Positions 41,927 to 55,849 of a DNA stretch of 64,000 bases are shown in pieces. Under the pieces are notes generated by a model. That model did not search any database and was not told where the DNA came from. It was given only the letters and a program-made list of their open reading frames with translations. The number at the start of each line of letters is the position of its first letter. The stretch's first letter is position 1. Source of the DNA: Glaucostegus cemiculus. Its lineage: Eukaryota. Both the position numbers and the translations under genes were made by a program. The stretch is from the NCBI GenBank assembly GCA_976551045.1, contig CDPCPM010000323.1:4464001-4528000 (forward strand). The letters run 5' to 3'.

Positions 41927-42756
41927 AGACCTAAGTGCATTGTCAAAAACTTATAGGAAGTTGTGCATTTTGGACTTAATTAATACAATAAATTCTTTGA
42001 TCATGTTAGACATTATCAGGTGTAAAGTGAAAATGTTTTCATTTCTGTAGCACTGTTGATTCTCACAACACAGCAGAGATGCATTAAAAATACAATAAGA
42101 TCTGCAACAAGATATAACGCCAACATTTGTGAATATTAGCTTAAGAGCAATCATACTTCTCTTTTATGTTTACCAGTATGAAAGAATATTTGAAAATACT
42201 CTGATGAGAAAACTAATGCCTTTTTAATCATCAGATTGTGCTAATGATAAAGAATGGTTATAAAAATAAAACTTTTAACCAGATAGTTGACAGTCATTAG
42301 TAATTGTACGTATTCACCATTGCAATATTTAAACATCATTAAGGGGTTTTGTAGATGTGTTCACTCCCTTGTTCAATGAAGTTTTCCTTTGCTGATGTTA
42401 TAATTCCTGGTCTAGCCTGACTGCGAGAGTATTATACAGCTGTTGAAAAGAAGGAACTATCTGACAATTCAGCTGTTTGCAGAATGTAGTGTATTCACAT
42501 CATTTATCTATGGCTGTCCTTAATGCTGGACATTTCTTAATTTCTTATCTGTGGCAAAGTTATCTATTCTTTTTTTCCGTAAGAATAAATTAATTTCAAA
42601 TGATCATTTATTGTATTTTTTTTTACTTTACAGGACTTAGTAGAGTTCAAGATCTTTTCCATATTCTTTCCAGATTGAGATTTGACAAATAACTCCAAGG
42701 CTGCAGAGATTTTCTTGCAAGTGATTGGAGGAGTCTCAGGGTAGGTAAATTCGGTT

Positions 42757-44830
42757 GGAACATAGAACATAGAACAGCACATGACAGGAATAGGCCCTTC
42801 GGCCCACCATGTCTGTGCTATGACACCTATCTAACTAATGTCGTCTGCGTGCACATGGCCCATATCTCTCCATTCCCTGCTTGTGTCTGTCTAAATGCCA
42901 CTTAAATATTGTTATTATATCTGCTTCTTCCACCTCCTCTGCCAGCAGGTTCTAGGCACCTACCACCCTCGGTATAAAAAACTTGCCTTGCATTTCTTTT
43001 TTTAAATTTTCCCACTCTCATCTTAAATCTCTGCCCTCTAATATTTGGCATTTCCACTCTGACTAAAAGACTCGGACCTTCCATCATATATGTGCTACGC
43101 ATAATTTTATAAAATTCTTTCAGGTCGCCCCCCAGCCTCCAATGCTCCAGAGAAAACAATCCAAGTTTGCCAACCTCTCATTATAGCTAATAGACTCCAA
43201 TCCATGTAGCATCTCAGTGAACCTCATTTGCACCCTCTCCAGAGCCTCTACATCCCTCCTCTGGTGTGGTGACCAGAACTGCATGTGATACTTCCAATGT
43301 GGCCTAACTGATGAAGGCAAGTGTGCTGTATAAATTCATCCATACCCTATCCATTTGTGTGGCCACTTTCATGATCTATGGACTTACACCACAAAATCCC
43401 TTTGTACTTCAATGTTTCTAAACGTCCTGATATTGATTATTCGTTTTCCTCTTGCTCTTGACTTCCCAAAATGCATCACATCAGACTTGTCTGAATTAAA
43501 CTCCATGTGCAATTTCTCCACCCATATTTCCAACTGATTTATCCTTTGACAATCTTCATCACCATCCATAATTCCGCCAAGTTTTGTATCATCAGAAAAC
43601 TTACTAATCATTCCACCTACGTGTTCATTAACTAATCATTTGTATATCTGCTGCAAATAGCATGCCATTTGTCACTGACCTCCAATCATAAAAACATCTC
43701 TCCAACATTACAGTCTGTTGTCTATGACCAAGCCAATTTTGTATCAAGTTACCAAATCACAGTGGATCCCATGTAACTTAATCTAGTTTGGCCCACCATG
43801 GGTATCTTGTCAAATGCTCTACTGAAGTCCATGTCCACTGCCCTACACTTATCAATCATCTTCACCACCTCTTCCAAAAGCTCAAATTTGTGAGACTGTG
43901 CCTTTCCAAATACAAGTAAATCCTGTCCCTAAAGATCTTCTCCAATAATTTCACTACCACTGATATAAGGCTCACTGGCCTATAATTTCCTGTATGATCT
44001 CTGTTGTCCTTCTTAAACAAAGGAACAATATTACTTTTTATCCAGCCTTCTGAACCTAGCCTGTGGCTAAAGATGACACAATGATCTCCATAAAGGTTCT
44101 CACAATCTCATCCCCTGTCTCCCTCAGTATCCTGAGATAGATTCCATCAGTCCCTGGGGACTTATCCATCTTAATGTTTATCAGGACACCCAACATCTCC
44201 TCCTTCTTAATACTGACATACCCTAGAATATCAACATACCCCTCCTTGATCTCATCATTATGAATACCCAATGGAAGTACTCATTTAGGGTCTTGCCCCT
44301 TTCGTCTGGCTCCACAATAAATTCCCTCCTTGAGTAGACTTACCCTTTCCCTAGCTATCCTCTTGTCTGTACTATACATATAAAATTCCCTTGGAATTCT
44401 CCTTAATCCTAATTGCCACAGACATTTTGTGGCCCCTCTTAGCCCTAATGAGATTATGATCACTGTTCCTAAAATGCTCTCCTATTGAAACTTTGATCAC
44501 CTGTCCAGGCTCATTCCACATTACAAGGTCTATTATGCCTCCTTCCCCAGCTGGACCCTTTACATATTGTTTCAAGAAACAATCCTGGACGCATCTAACA
44601 AATTCTGTCCCATCTACACTCCAGGCACAAAGAGAGATCCAGTCAATGTTGGGGAAGTTAAAATCACCCACTACAACAACCCTGTTGTTTTTATGTCTGT
44701 CTATGATCTACCTACACATCTGTCCTTCTATCTCCAGTTAGCCATTGGGAGGCCTATTGTATAATTGCATCATAGAGATTGCACCTTATTTATTGCTGAT
44801 CTCTACCCATATGGCCTCGCTGAATTTTTC
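42757..44830 (-). mobile_element. CR1 LINE, degenerate ORF2 (endonuclease + RT) with 3' tail
   Basis: Fragments GDFNFPNIDW (APE endonuclease), DKSPGTDGIY.RILRE, KFSDDTKLGG (RT FADD motif), VRPH.KY.MQFWSP, FSLE..RLGGDL. (TTCTATG)n tail at about 42757-42777. Many stops, frameshifts and deletions. Confidence 0.93.
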
Positions 44831-45169
44831 CTATTAAACTTACCTGATTTAGCCTTTACCTTCTCCTCAATCTCTCCATCTGCTGACCCACTGCTCTGAA
44901 CCCCATATTCCTGCCACTCTATTTTAAGCTAATTGTACCAACACAATAACATGTGAGATAAAAAGGCATATATTATTGAAAGCACCAGTCTGGCTTCACA
45001 TCATTACTTTTGCACATTATCACGGGGGATCAAAAATTCTATTCCAAAAAAACATAGGCATTTACAGCACATTTGTACATACCCAATTACAATTGTCCTT
45101 TTCCATGAATGCCATACAAATATATATATACAAATATATTTCTCTATGTAGCCAAAAAGGAGGAAGAAC

Positions 45170-45299
45170 ATGAGAACGTAAGAAATAGGAGCGGGAGTCA
45201 GCCATCTGGCCCGTCGAGCCCGCTCTGCCATTCAATAAGATCATGATTGATCTGGCCATGAACTCAGCTCCACTTGCCTGCCTTTTCCCCATAACCCTT
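45170..45299 (-). mobile_element. Short CR1-type 3' tail retrocopy with target-site duplication
   Basis: agaacgtaagaaataggagcgggagt...ccattcaataagatcatg is a typical elasmobranch CR1/SINE tail. Flanked by AGGAAGAAC at 45161-45169 and 45300-45308. Confidence 0.8.
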
Positions 45300-45581
45300 A
45301 GGAAGAACCATGAATCTTTTACCTGATTGTTGAAAAGGGATTAAAATATTTTTAGAGATCTTGTTTTATTTTGAAGTGGTTTGATGTGCATGCAATGTAA
45401 GTGAATATTCCATTAAAATTTCAAGCAAATCCTCCAAAAAATAATCAATTAAAATCATTTAATTCAAAGGAAAGATGTGGCTTATAATGTTTAAGTAAAA
45501 TGAAAATCCTCTTAATTTTCAGACTTTGCATTGATAATAGACTTATAGTGAAGGCATCACATATTCTTTGAGTGGTAGCAT

Positions 45582-45834
45582 TGCCACCAGCCCATTCACT
45601 TTAATAACTATTTATTTATTTACCAGCTATTTATAATTTAATCTGCGTATTAATTTAATTTTAACTTCTGTAGTTTTTAATGTTTAATGTTTTTTAATGT
45701 TTATTCTGTTAAGTGTGTCTGTGTGTCTCTGTTGGTTGTTATTTAATGGGACAAGCACCTGAGGAGGACGGTATCTCGCTCCTATGCATACTATGTATGT
45801 ATATGGTTGTGACAATAAAAACTGATTCTGATTC
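45582..45834 (+). mobile_element. 5'-truncated non-LTR retroelement 3' end (Rex1/Babar-like) with TSD
   Basis: Ends AATAAAA + (TGATTC)n tail. Flanked by TGGTAGCAT at 45573-45581 and 45835-45843. Confidence 0.7.
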
Positions 45835-46089
45835 TGGTAGCATGGGGCAAACATACAACTACAGAGTAATTAGCATTTGCATTAACGTCCTTGACAATGT
45901 ACTACTTTTGTGGTCTTGTTTCCCTCATAAATTGTTGAAAAAATGCAGTTGCACCATTTGTGGGAAGGCTAACAAAAGGTGTTCCTTGGATTATAAAAGG
46001 CATTTGATAAAGATTCACACTGGGATCTCTAATTAAACCAAAGCTGTTGGAATTCAACACCTAAGATGTAGAAAATTACTGAAAACACG

Positions 46090-46800
46090 GTAACAGTTGA
46101 TAATGTCTGAGGACCAACATCAAGCTGGAAGAAGTACTAAGTGGGATGCTCCATGTCTCAATGCTGGGGTCACTGTCAGTTTTAATCCACATTAACGGCA
46201 TGGATTCTGAAACATGTTGCAAATGGGTAAGATGTGTAGATGACATGGAATTAGGAAAGGACAGTAGAAGTGAACCAGACAGCTTATAAATTATGAAAGG
46301 GGGTAAACAAAATATGCAAGGGAGGGGTTGAAATTTAATATGGGCAAGTGTGAACTTATGACATTGGCTATTTCATGATTGACATTAAAGTAACAGAGGA
46401 TGAAGGAGATGTTGGTGTCTAACAGAGTCAATGCTCAATGTTCAAAGCCATTGCAAATCAGCAGTCAAAAAATGGCAATAGAATGATGAAATACACTAGT
46501 GGAGGTGAACACACACAAACAAGATGCAACATTATGAGGAATGACTGGAGAACACAGGGATTTCTGACCTGCAGAAGAAGCATCTGCATGGTGAGGTAAG
46601 CACCTGAGAGGTCAATGGTAAGAAAAGGTGTATTTTGAATGCCCTTAAAATTAACCTATGGCAATCGAACAAAAAGCTACATGAATACAAACATTAAGTT
46701 AAGCTGAAGTAAAACTTAGAGCAGAAGGTTCTTCTTCACACAGAAAATACTTTGAATTGAAGCTTGCTGGAGTCATTTAACAAACAGTTGAAAGCAATAC
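46090..46800 (+). mobile_element. Very old CR1-like RT remnant
   Basis: Traces of the SGVPQGSVLGP/INDL/ADD-coding segments (actaagtgggatgctccatg.ctcaatgctgggg; tgtagatgaca; gaaatttaatatgggcaagtgtgaa). Confidence 0.5.
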
Positions 46801-48184
46801 TGGAGGAGCACATCATTGCTCTGGATGGATTAATGAAAATCAATTCAATGGGATTCCTTAATTATATTGTGATCTTATATAGTGCTAATTTTCACAAGTA
46901 ATTCACCAATCTTATTCAAGTGTATGGCCAAATGAAACATGTTGCATACATTGACATGATTGTCAGGAAATTTGAAAAAACAACTGAAGAAATGTGAAAA
47001 CTAAAACTAATTAGAAAGCAGAAATATCATTATTTAAAAAAAACCCTCTGAATTGCTTGGTAATTGGAACAGCCAATCATTTATGCACTGAAGTCTAGTA
47101 GAATTTTGGTGCCAGTTTGATAATGAGTAACAAGGGACTGAAGGACTGATGGATAATGGACATTTACTATGCAGCCTGCAACAAAACTTGGATTCCTTTA
47201 ATAATCCCTATTACATCTGTTGGTGTACAGTGGGCCAATCTGCCAACACATTAAATAACAAAACTGGATGACTTGAGTTCAGTCTTGAGTTTCTGCACAC
47301 AACAGCACCTGTGCCTGTTTACAAAGCTTTTGAAACAGCAGAGAAATACAGGGAAAAAAGGGGGAAATAGGAAGGTGCAGCAAATTCGAGGAACAGGTAG
47401 TGAAACCATGCCATGTGAAAGACAAAAGCATTGCCCGAGATTACTAAACTGAGGTCATTTAAATCTGAATCATGGTCAGGATGAGTATTTAGTAGTGATG
47501 CTTTACTACAATATCTATACCCACTGGTTATGCTTTTCCCTGGATTCCAGAGAGGTAAGGTTATAGGTTTTAATGGAGTACCTATTTTTCTTGCATTTAC
47601 TTTATGACAAGGCATAAGATCTCCCATATAAATATTTTTGCATGCTGACATTGGCTAATTGGGAAGAAAAAAATAGAGCTTCAATTTTGGGCTCATACCC
47701 TATTTACTATTCTTAACATTCATTTCCTCCATCACTCAAATAGAGCTTCAAATCCTTTGGATGGGATCAAATAAAGGCAAAGAAACAACACTTTTACGAT
47801 AGAATAACACATTTGCACATAAATGATAAACGTCATGGCCAACAAACAATGGAATGAAACTTCAATGCTTTTCAATCACAATGGAAGCTCATTTGACATT
47901 TGCTTTCCCATCTTTAGGAATATTTCCAAGTACCTGAAACTCAGGACAGATATCAGTTGTTGTCAGACACAGCAACTTCTCTGTTCTTTAAAAGAAAAAT
48001 GCATTATTTTTTTCAAGATTGCATCATAAGATCAAAACTTGATTTCCACAAATTGACATTAATATTGTTAGTACTTAAATGTCTTAACTGGCTCCCTTGT
48101 ATTAATTAATTTTACATGGATTAGATAAACCTAGTTCTGTGTTCTGATTGCATTCAACAGTTTGTGTAAAGTAAATTATTTTAT

Positions 48185-49140
48185 GTATGTATCTTTATTT
48201 CCAGGATCTGAATATCACTGACAGGGCCAGCATTTATTTCCCATCACCTGAGAAAGTGGTAGTGAGCCACTTTCTTGAATTTCTGCAGTTGTTCTGATCT
48301 TCTGAGTGCTGTTAAATGGGGAGTTCAGGGTTTAGACCCAGTGTTGATGAAGGACAAAGAAACATTTCTAAGTCAGAATTGTGCGTAACTTGGAGTGGAA
48401 CATGCAAGTGGTGGTGTTCTCAATCACCCACTGCTCTTGCCCCATTTGGTGGTTTGGTTATGGATTTGCTCTGTCCTATTGGAGTAGCCAAGACAAATAT
48501 TGCAGTGCACTTTGAAGCTGGCACACACTTTGAGTGATGGAGGAAATGAATGTTAAGAATAGTAACTGGGGTATGAATCAAACTTGCTACTTTGTTCTGG
48601 GTGGTGTTGAGTGCCTGAGAGTAAATGAAGCTGCACACATCCACCTCAGTGGAGAGTATTGTCTCTCACTCCTGCCTTGTTCTTTGTAGATGGTGGAATG
48701 ATTCTGGGGTATCAAGCGGTGAGTCACATGCCACAGGGTACCCAGCCCCTGACCTACTCTTGTATTCATGGTATTTAAATAGTTTAGTCCAGATGAGTTT
48801 CTCGTCAATTGTGACCCAAAGGATGTTTGTGTGAGAGAGTCTATGATGGTAAAGTCATTAAAAGTCAAGGATAGGTTGTTAGGCTCTCTTTTGTTAGATG
48901 TGGTCATTACTTGGCACTCTTGCACCATGAATATTACTCGCCACTTACCTGTCCATGCCTGAATATTTTCTAGTTCTTAAATGCATGCAGGCATAGACAT
49001 TTTCTGAAGCATTGTGAGTGGAATTAAACATTATGCAATTATCAGTGAATCTCCCCACTTCTGAGCTTCTGATGGAAGGAAGGTCATTGATCACATGCTG
49101 GGCCAAGAGCTTACAAATTGTGATGGTGAATATTTCCAAG
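48185..49140 (-). mobile_element. Degenerate CR1-group (L2/CR1-like) LINE RT C-terminus and 3' end, second family
   Basis: INDLPSIRS.EVGRFTDNC (degenerate FADD), CQVMT.SNKRE..NL.LTFN, STIYKEQGRS..QYSPL.WM.AA. Homologous copy at 58610-59510. Confidence 0.8.
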
Positions 49141-49431
49141 GTGCTGTTCTAGTGATGGGACAGAATGCACCCAGGGATGTTGATGAGGGAGACTGGCACA
49201 CTGCTCATCAGGTAAGAATCTGTGAGTATGAACATGTCATGCTGTTGTCTCACTAGGCTGTGGGTCTGCTGTCCCAATTTAGACCTCAGGGCTTTGCAAG
49301 GTCAGTTGGACTTGAAGTGACTCTGGCATGCCCAATTTGTGAATCTATGTCCAGTTTTATTTTTTGTTCAACCATAAACTAAATTGCTTGTTGGATTATG
49401 GGGCATGTGCCATTTAAGACTCAATCACTTG

Positions 49432-49675
49432 TCTGTAAAGAGTTTGTATCTTCTCCCTGTGTCTGTGTGGGTTTCCTCCGGGTGCTCCGGTTTCCTCCCA
49501 CATTCCAAAGACATACGGGTTAGGAGCGGTGGGCATGCTATGTTGGAACGCCGGAAGAGTGGCAACACTTGAAGCCTGCCCCCAGTACATTCTCAGTAAC
49601 ACAAAGTGACACATTTCACTGTATTTCAATATCCATATGACTAATAGATAAATATTTTATCTTATCTCATCTTAT
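49432..49675 (+). mobile_element. V-SINE (HE1/DANA-like core), 5'-truncated
   Basis: V-domain ttctccctgtgtctgtgtgggtttcctccgggtgctccggtttcctcccacattccaaagac; (ATCTT)n tail. Confidence 0.85.
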
Positions 49676-50509
49676 AAACCAGTCTGGGTAATGATGGTCA
49701 TTATTATTAACACCAATTGTCGTTGCAGCAAATTTGAGATTATTAGCAATTTAAATTCCACAGTGACCAGGATGGGATTTGAACTGAGGTCTCTGGACTA
49801 CCAGTTTTGTTACTCAACTGCTGAACAACCACCATGTGCTAAACAGAAAATATTATATGAACATCAAATATGGGAAACTTAATATAACCCTAAAGAGACA
49901 GTTTAAAATTAGAAAGGGATTTTGAGGTTAGTCATACTGGACAGTTCTGTTTATGCTCATGCTCTTGTTTCCCCTGGCAACCATCCCATGTTCCATCTAA
50001 TTATTCAGTATCAATTTTCCACTGTGAATGTGCCACTCAGCACCTCCCTTCTATGATTTTACCACTTCAAATTAGCTTTTCCTCTGCATTGTCAATTCAG
50101 TCAGATTGGGACTGTAACCATGTTGTGAGGTACTGCCATGGAGTGGCCAGCTCTACCTGTGTAGGCTGTTGTGGAAGATCAAAGCCAGAGCCAAAAATAT
50201 ATTTTTGCATTAAAGTGGAAATCTGTTAATGGCAAATCAGAAATGAATGTTGACATCCTTTGCAATCTGCAGTCTTGAGAATTTATCCCCATTTGTTTGC
50301 TATTCTGTGTAGTCATCCCAGAGCATCTGGCGACTTGCTGATTAACCATACTTATTAGCTATCTAACTCTTTGTCACTCTCTTTGTAATGCTTATGGAGG
50401 CATTATCATTGAGAGCTTTATCAGTTGCAATCACGCTGTCTTGCCTCTGGAGCTTTGTCTCACTTTCTAGTATCAATTTAATTAGCGGGGCAATTGGCAA
50501 TGTGCAGCA

Positions 50510-51690
50510 GGCTGTGCCTCAACTCCTGTGCTCAGTATCCTGACCAATAAAGGCAAACATGCCAAACACCTTGGAGACACAGGAGAATGCAGATGCTGGA
50601 ACCAGGAGCAACACGCAATCTGCTGGAGGAACTCAGCAGGTCGAGCAGCATTTGATTGACTCCAACAGATTATTTGAATGCCAATCGTCTTCTTCACCAA
50701 CCTGTCTACCAGAATTGCCACTTTCAAGGAACCATGTACCTGCATCCCTAGGTCTATCCTACAACATTCCCCAGGTCCCTGCCATTTACTGTGTCGGTCC
50801 TGCCCTGATTTGTATTACCAAAATGCAACACCTTGCATTTATCTGAATTAACCTCACTCTGCCATTCTTCGGCCCACTGACACAGTTGATCAATATCCCA
50901 TTGTTCATTTAGATAACCTTCTTTACTGTCCACTATACCGCCAATTTTAGTGTCATGCACAAACTTACTAACCATGCTACCTATTTTCTCATCTAAATTG
51001 TTAACATAAATGAAGAATAAGAATGGATCCAGCACTGATCCCTACAACACACTGCTGGTCACAAGTCTCCAGGCTGAAAAGCAACCTTCTACCACCACCC
51101 TCTATCTCTTATCATCAAGCTAATTTTATATCCAGTTGGCTAGCTCTCCCTGGATCCCATATGACTTAACATTCTGGACCAGCCTACCATGTAGTACCTT
51201 GTTAAAGACCTTGCTAATGTCTATGTGGACAACTTCTATTGCGCTGCCTCATTTATCTTCTTGGTCACCTCTTCAAAAATCTCATTCAAATTCGTGAGAC
51301 ATGATTTCCCATGCACAAAGCCATCCTGGCTATCCTTAATCAGCTCTTGCCTTTCCAAATGCATGTAGATCCTGTTTCTCAGAATCCCCTCCAATAATTT
51401 ACCTAGAAGTAATACTAGATTCACTGGTTTGTAGTTCCTAGGCTTTTCCTTGTCGCCTTTATTAAATAAAGACACAACAGTAGCCATCCTCCAGTCTTTC
51501 AGCGCCTCACCTGTTGCTACTGGTGATACAAATATCTCCACTAATGGCTCTGCAATTTCCTTCCTAGCTTCCCACAAAGTCCTAGGATATGCTTGATCGG
51601 GCTCCAGGGATTTATCTACCTTTATGTACTTTAAGGCCTCCAGCACTGTCTCTTTATGAGGCGGACTCTCCTCAAGATATCATCATTAAC
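50510..51690 (-). mobile_element. CR1 LINE ORF2 fragment (RT), interrupted at 50573-50677
   Basis: KVDKSLEPD..YPRTL.EA..EIAEPL, P.NYKPVNL, QDGFVHGKSCLTNL, LFFIYVNNLD, KFVHDTKIGG, QVHGSLKVA. Confidence 0.92.
50573..50677 (+). mobile_element. Short interspersed element (family unassigned) nested in CR1
   Basis: gagacacaggag.atgcagatgctggaa...gctggaggaactcagcaggtc.agcagcat is homologous to the reverse complement of 62116-62207. Confidence 0.8.
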
Positions 51691-51978
51691 TGTGGAGATG
51701 CAGAAGTTTAAAGAGAAAAATTCTAGCCTTTAGACTCTGGACAGTTGAAGACATAACAACCAATGTTTTGAGGGAAGTATGAAGATAGCAGAATTGGAAG
51801 AACACATTGTTCTTTGAAGAAACATGTAGAGAAAGGGAGAAAGAGGTAATGGAAGTTTATGAGCGAAGCAATGGAGAAATTTAAATAAGTTGAATTACAA
51901 TAGTTGGGCATTTGAAGTACCATGGCATAGAAGGATACAGGCCAAGGCCTGGAAAATAGGCTTAACATAGTGGTCCGA

Positions 51979-52260
51979 AGAACTATAGAACAATATAGCA
52001 CAATACAGGTCCTTCAGCCCACCATGTTGTGCCAACCTTCAAACCACACCTGAGACTATCTAACCCCTTCTTACCACATATCCCTCGATTTTAAATTCTT
52101 CCACATGCTTATCTAACAATCTCTTGAACTTGACCAACTTATCAGCCTCCACCACCACCTCAGGCAGCGCATTCCATGCACCAACCACTCTCTGGGTGAA
52201 AAACCTCCCTCTGACATCTCCCTTGAACTTCCCAACTATCACCTTAAAGCTATGCTCCCT
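51979..52260 (-). mobile_element. CR1 LINE 3' end
   Basis: GKFKGDVRGRFFTQRVVGAWNALPEVVVEA..L..FKRLLDKH is the classic CR1 ORF2 C-terminus, followed by the tail. Confidence 0.93.
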
Positions 52261-54561
52261 TGTTGCTCTGCTGTATGTCTCTATGACTCTATGTCAACAG
52301 GCAAATACATTTTGCATACTTTAAGCACTATACTTGAGAACTGGTGCCAAATTAATTCAACTATGGTTTGTTGACATGTTGTCCTTATTTTTTGTCATTA
52401 GTAACTTTATAATTGCTAAAACTTCCCATTTTTCTACCTCAATATTAGGCACTGAAGACAGAAATATTATCTATCCTTTTTGCTGAATTGATATTTGTGT
52501 CACAACTAATGCATGAAAGAGAGATAAAGACCCAAAGAGCTGTGGCAAAGAAACATATAAGCCTCTAAAATGATGATTTAAATGTCACTTAATAGGCTAA
52601 CACACAAATGCATTTGCTACTAAAAATTCTATATATGCTTCACTTGGAATTTCCTGAGTTCTTCTTAAATGTGTAAATAAATAATGTTTATGACATTTCT
52701 TCGAGACATACAAGATGCGAGTTTATTAGATGTTACATTGTATTGCATAATGCACATTAATGGCAATTCTTTTATAATTACACTCAAATCTAGATAATGT
52801 AACCTTGTAAGAATAATTAAAGCAGGTCATATTAGAGTGAACTATCACAATATGACATCGTTTATTGAGTGCAAACCAGCCTCCCAATAGCACAAGAAGA
52901 AACATTTAAAAGTCTGTGTTTATATTACTAGTGTGCATTGTACATATCAGTAAGATTTTAAATCATCCTCTGATTAAGGACCATTTAAAGTTTTGACAAA
53001 CACACCATCAATTTAATGACAAATTTGCAATGTTTGATTTATTTCAGGAATGCTACAATGTTTTTTCCCCCTGTAATAGACACAGTTCCCTAATTCCAGT
53101 TCTGAATATGAATATCAAGAAATTAACTGCACAGGTTGTCTAAAGCATTTGTTAGTTTGGGGTCACAGTTCTGACTCCTGGTCTTGATATAGTGCTGTTA
53201 GATATCACTCAGCAAAATTCGTGGTTGGAATGCTTTAGACGGTAAGAAAAACTCTGAACAAAATTAGCAAGAGTGAATGAAAGCTTCAGACTAACAAAAG
53301 TTATAATGTGTGTATTTTCTTGTTCAAAGATTTCAGTCACTTCCAAATCTGCATTGATTTCTCAATCAGAAGAAAGAGCATATTTAAATTTTCTGCATGG
53401 TTTCCAATGATATTTCACAGTGACAATCATTAAAAGGTGTTGCTGATAACAGATCATACAATGCTCAAGTGGAGAGATCTATGCAATGTGGTGCTAAGTG
53501 GTGCTTTTACTCACCTTTATCACTGCTAGCCATATTAAAAATTGAATTAGACGCAAGTAATAGTTCAGTCTACATCCAAGGGAGCCATTATCACCCATTC
53601 AGATGCAATCAGCAAAATAATTTTACCTGGTGGCTCTTTTTCAGTTGGAAGCACAACAAAATTCAGTAATTATTTCACGATGAATGTTCAGTGTGAATAT
53701 GCATATACACATATGGGGCTAGAAATTTTATTGCACAGTACAAGGCTCATGTGTACACTGCTACAGAATTTCTTCAGAATACAGATCATATTTTTCTTCC
53801 AGATCTGCTGTGTGTTTGAAACGCGAATTCAATGATGTGCAAGTCTGGATGACATTTCTATAAATTTCACTGTGAGTGTGAATGATCAGGGAAGCGCACG
53901 TGAGACCTCTCTTGGCATGTTTTAAAGAAGACAGGCTCAAAAAGGTATTAGTCTTAACAGTCCAGCTGTGGAAACTAGTTTTAGGTAGATGCAATTTAAG
54001 TAACAATGCTACTACTTGTGGTTGTTTAGTTAACATTCCCCACACTCCACTGTGACCATGACTAACCATGGTCCCATCCACCATTCTGAGAGTGACCATA
54101 TCTCCCCAGCAGTTGGTGCTTTGGTCGAGCAACTGGAATTCTATCCAACTGCTGATCGAGGTTCTGACCCTTTAATTCCAGCCGGGACATCACCCCAGAT
54201 CTCAACCAGCAACTTAAGAATTGAACCAGCCTACGTTACTATGATCACTCAGCAATGGTGGAATAAACAGAAGAAAGATGATGGAATTCATCAAAAGTGT
54301 AATTCCTCTTCAATACCTGGGTTACAAGCGCAATACAATTTTTCATTGCTGGACTTTGTACTGCACACTGCACTTCAGACTTGGAAGAATCTCTAGGCCA
54401 ACTACATTTATAACATTTAAATTTTAGTATGGATAAAAATTTATAGGAAATATAGCACTGGATATCTGTGGAGTTGCTTCCCAATCACATTAATGCACAT
54501 TTATTTTAAGGCAATTTTGATTTGTAAGTCAAGGACAAATCACATCAGTGAAAGGTATCAA

Positions 54562-55425
54562 GTAGAGCTCAGTGGGAGCTTTTTTTGCCTCTGTTAGTAT
54601 ATTGAGTTTCAATCCAGAGACTTCAACACAAATTCTAGACTGACAATGTAGCAAAGATCTGCAGGACTGCTGCACTATCAGAGTTGATGTCTTTTAAATG
54701 GGATGATATACCACCTTCCATTTGGGAATAAAAACTACTACAGATTGATTTGAAGAAGTGCAGATGTGTTTGCTCATATTCTTTAAAAATTTGGAAGGCC
54801 AAAGCTATCAATCTGCTCCATCGTCAGATGGAGACCAAAGGTGGAACACTGTCCATTTAGTCTGGGGAATTGCAGCTTGAATTCTGAGGAGCCTCTGATT
54901 TCTCTGTGAATTGAAGACCTCTGGATTAGGAGGCAAATGAGAAGGTAATTTCTTTTTGGGAAATTATTCTACATTGTTAGTATTTTAATTATATATGTAC
55001 TTAAGACATTTTTAGTTCACTTTATTTTTTTAAGAATTTTTTTACTTCAAAGTTAATAGATATTTAACGATTGTTAAAATCAGAGATATATAAAAGTTGT
55101 TTGGTGGGGGGAGGCCTTCCTACCGCACTGCTCAATTTCTCATTGATGCACAGACCATTGCCAGGAGACTGAGACTGGACATTAATATCTCGACCAGATT
55201 GGTGAGGTACAAGTTGGGAGCTATTCAGGATGAGGAATCCAGGTAAGCAAGATCTAGCCCATTATTCACCTCTCAACCAAATTAACCAAAAGCAGACCTG
55301 GTCATGATAACATTGCTGATTGTGGAATACAGTCGTGTGCACAGTTTCCTTTAGATAATCTTCAGATTATCTCCTTGCTATAAAGCCACTTGTATCATCT
55401 AGAAATCATACAAGTCTGTTTCTCA
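54562..55425 (+). mobile_element. Old DeuSINE (SacSINE1/AmnSINE1-like) split by an insertion of about 460 bp
   Basis: 5' part gctcagtgg...gcctctg...ccagagactt...ctagactgaca...tgctgcact.tcagag.tg.tgtcttt (54562-54790). 3' part ctcaaccaa...aaagcaga...ctggtcat...acattgctg.ttgtgg (55255-55425). Confidence 0.55.
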
Positions 55426-55849
55426 TATCTACTCAATAAAATATTTAATACTTCTTCTCAATATATGCCAATAAACAAACTCTACAATTATCAATACAAA
55501 ACACAATCTCAGTTATATAATAGCAACTGAAAATATGTTCTGGGTCTAAAGGCACAGAAAAAACTAATATTTTGTCAATGTGGAAAGGATGAAGGGTTTT
55601 ATTGCCCCAGCTCTCCGATTTTAGCATCTTAATAGCTCTTAGTCCTTGTTAAACCCAAAGGCTGCGAGATCCCAGATACACTGTTGGAATGTTATCCTTA
55701 CTGAAAAAGTAGATGCAATGGGTGAAAGGCATTCATAGAACCGTTAAATAAGCAATTTATTTATTTGTACCCTTCACCTGAGTTTTACCTGGTATTAGAT
55801 TGAATGATAGCTCAGCAGCTGTCTTTGGGAAAATGCTAGAATCTTTTAC

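Noticed and set aside
54020-54270. Possible old SINE (LF-SINE-like)
   Set aside because: GC-richer repeat-like texture, but I could not match diagnostic words to a family.
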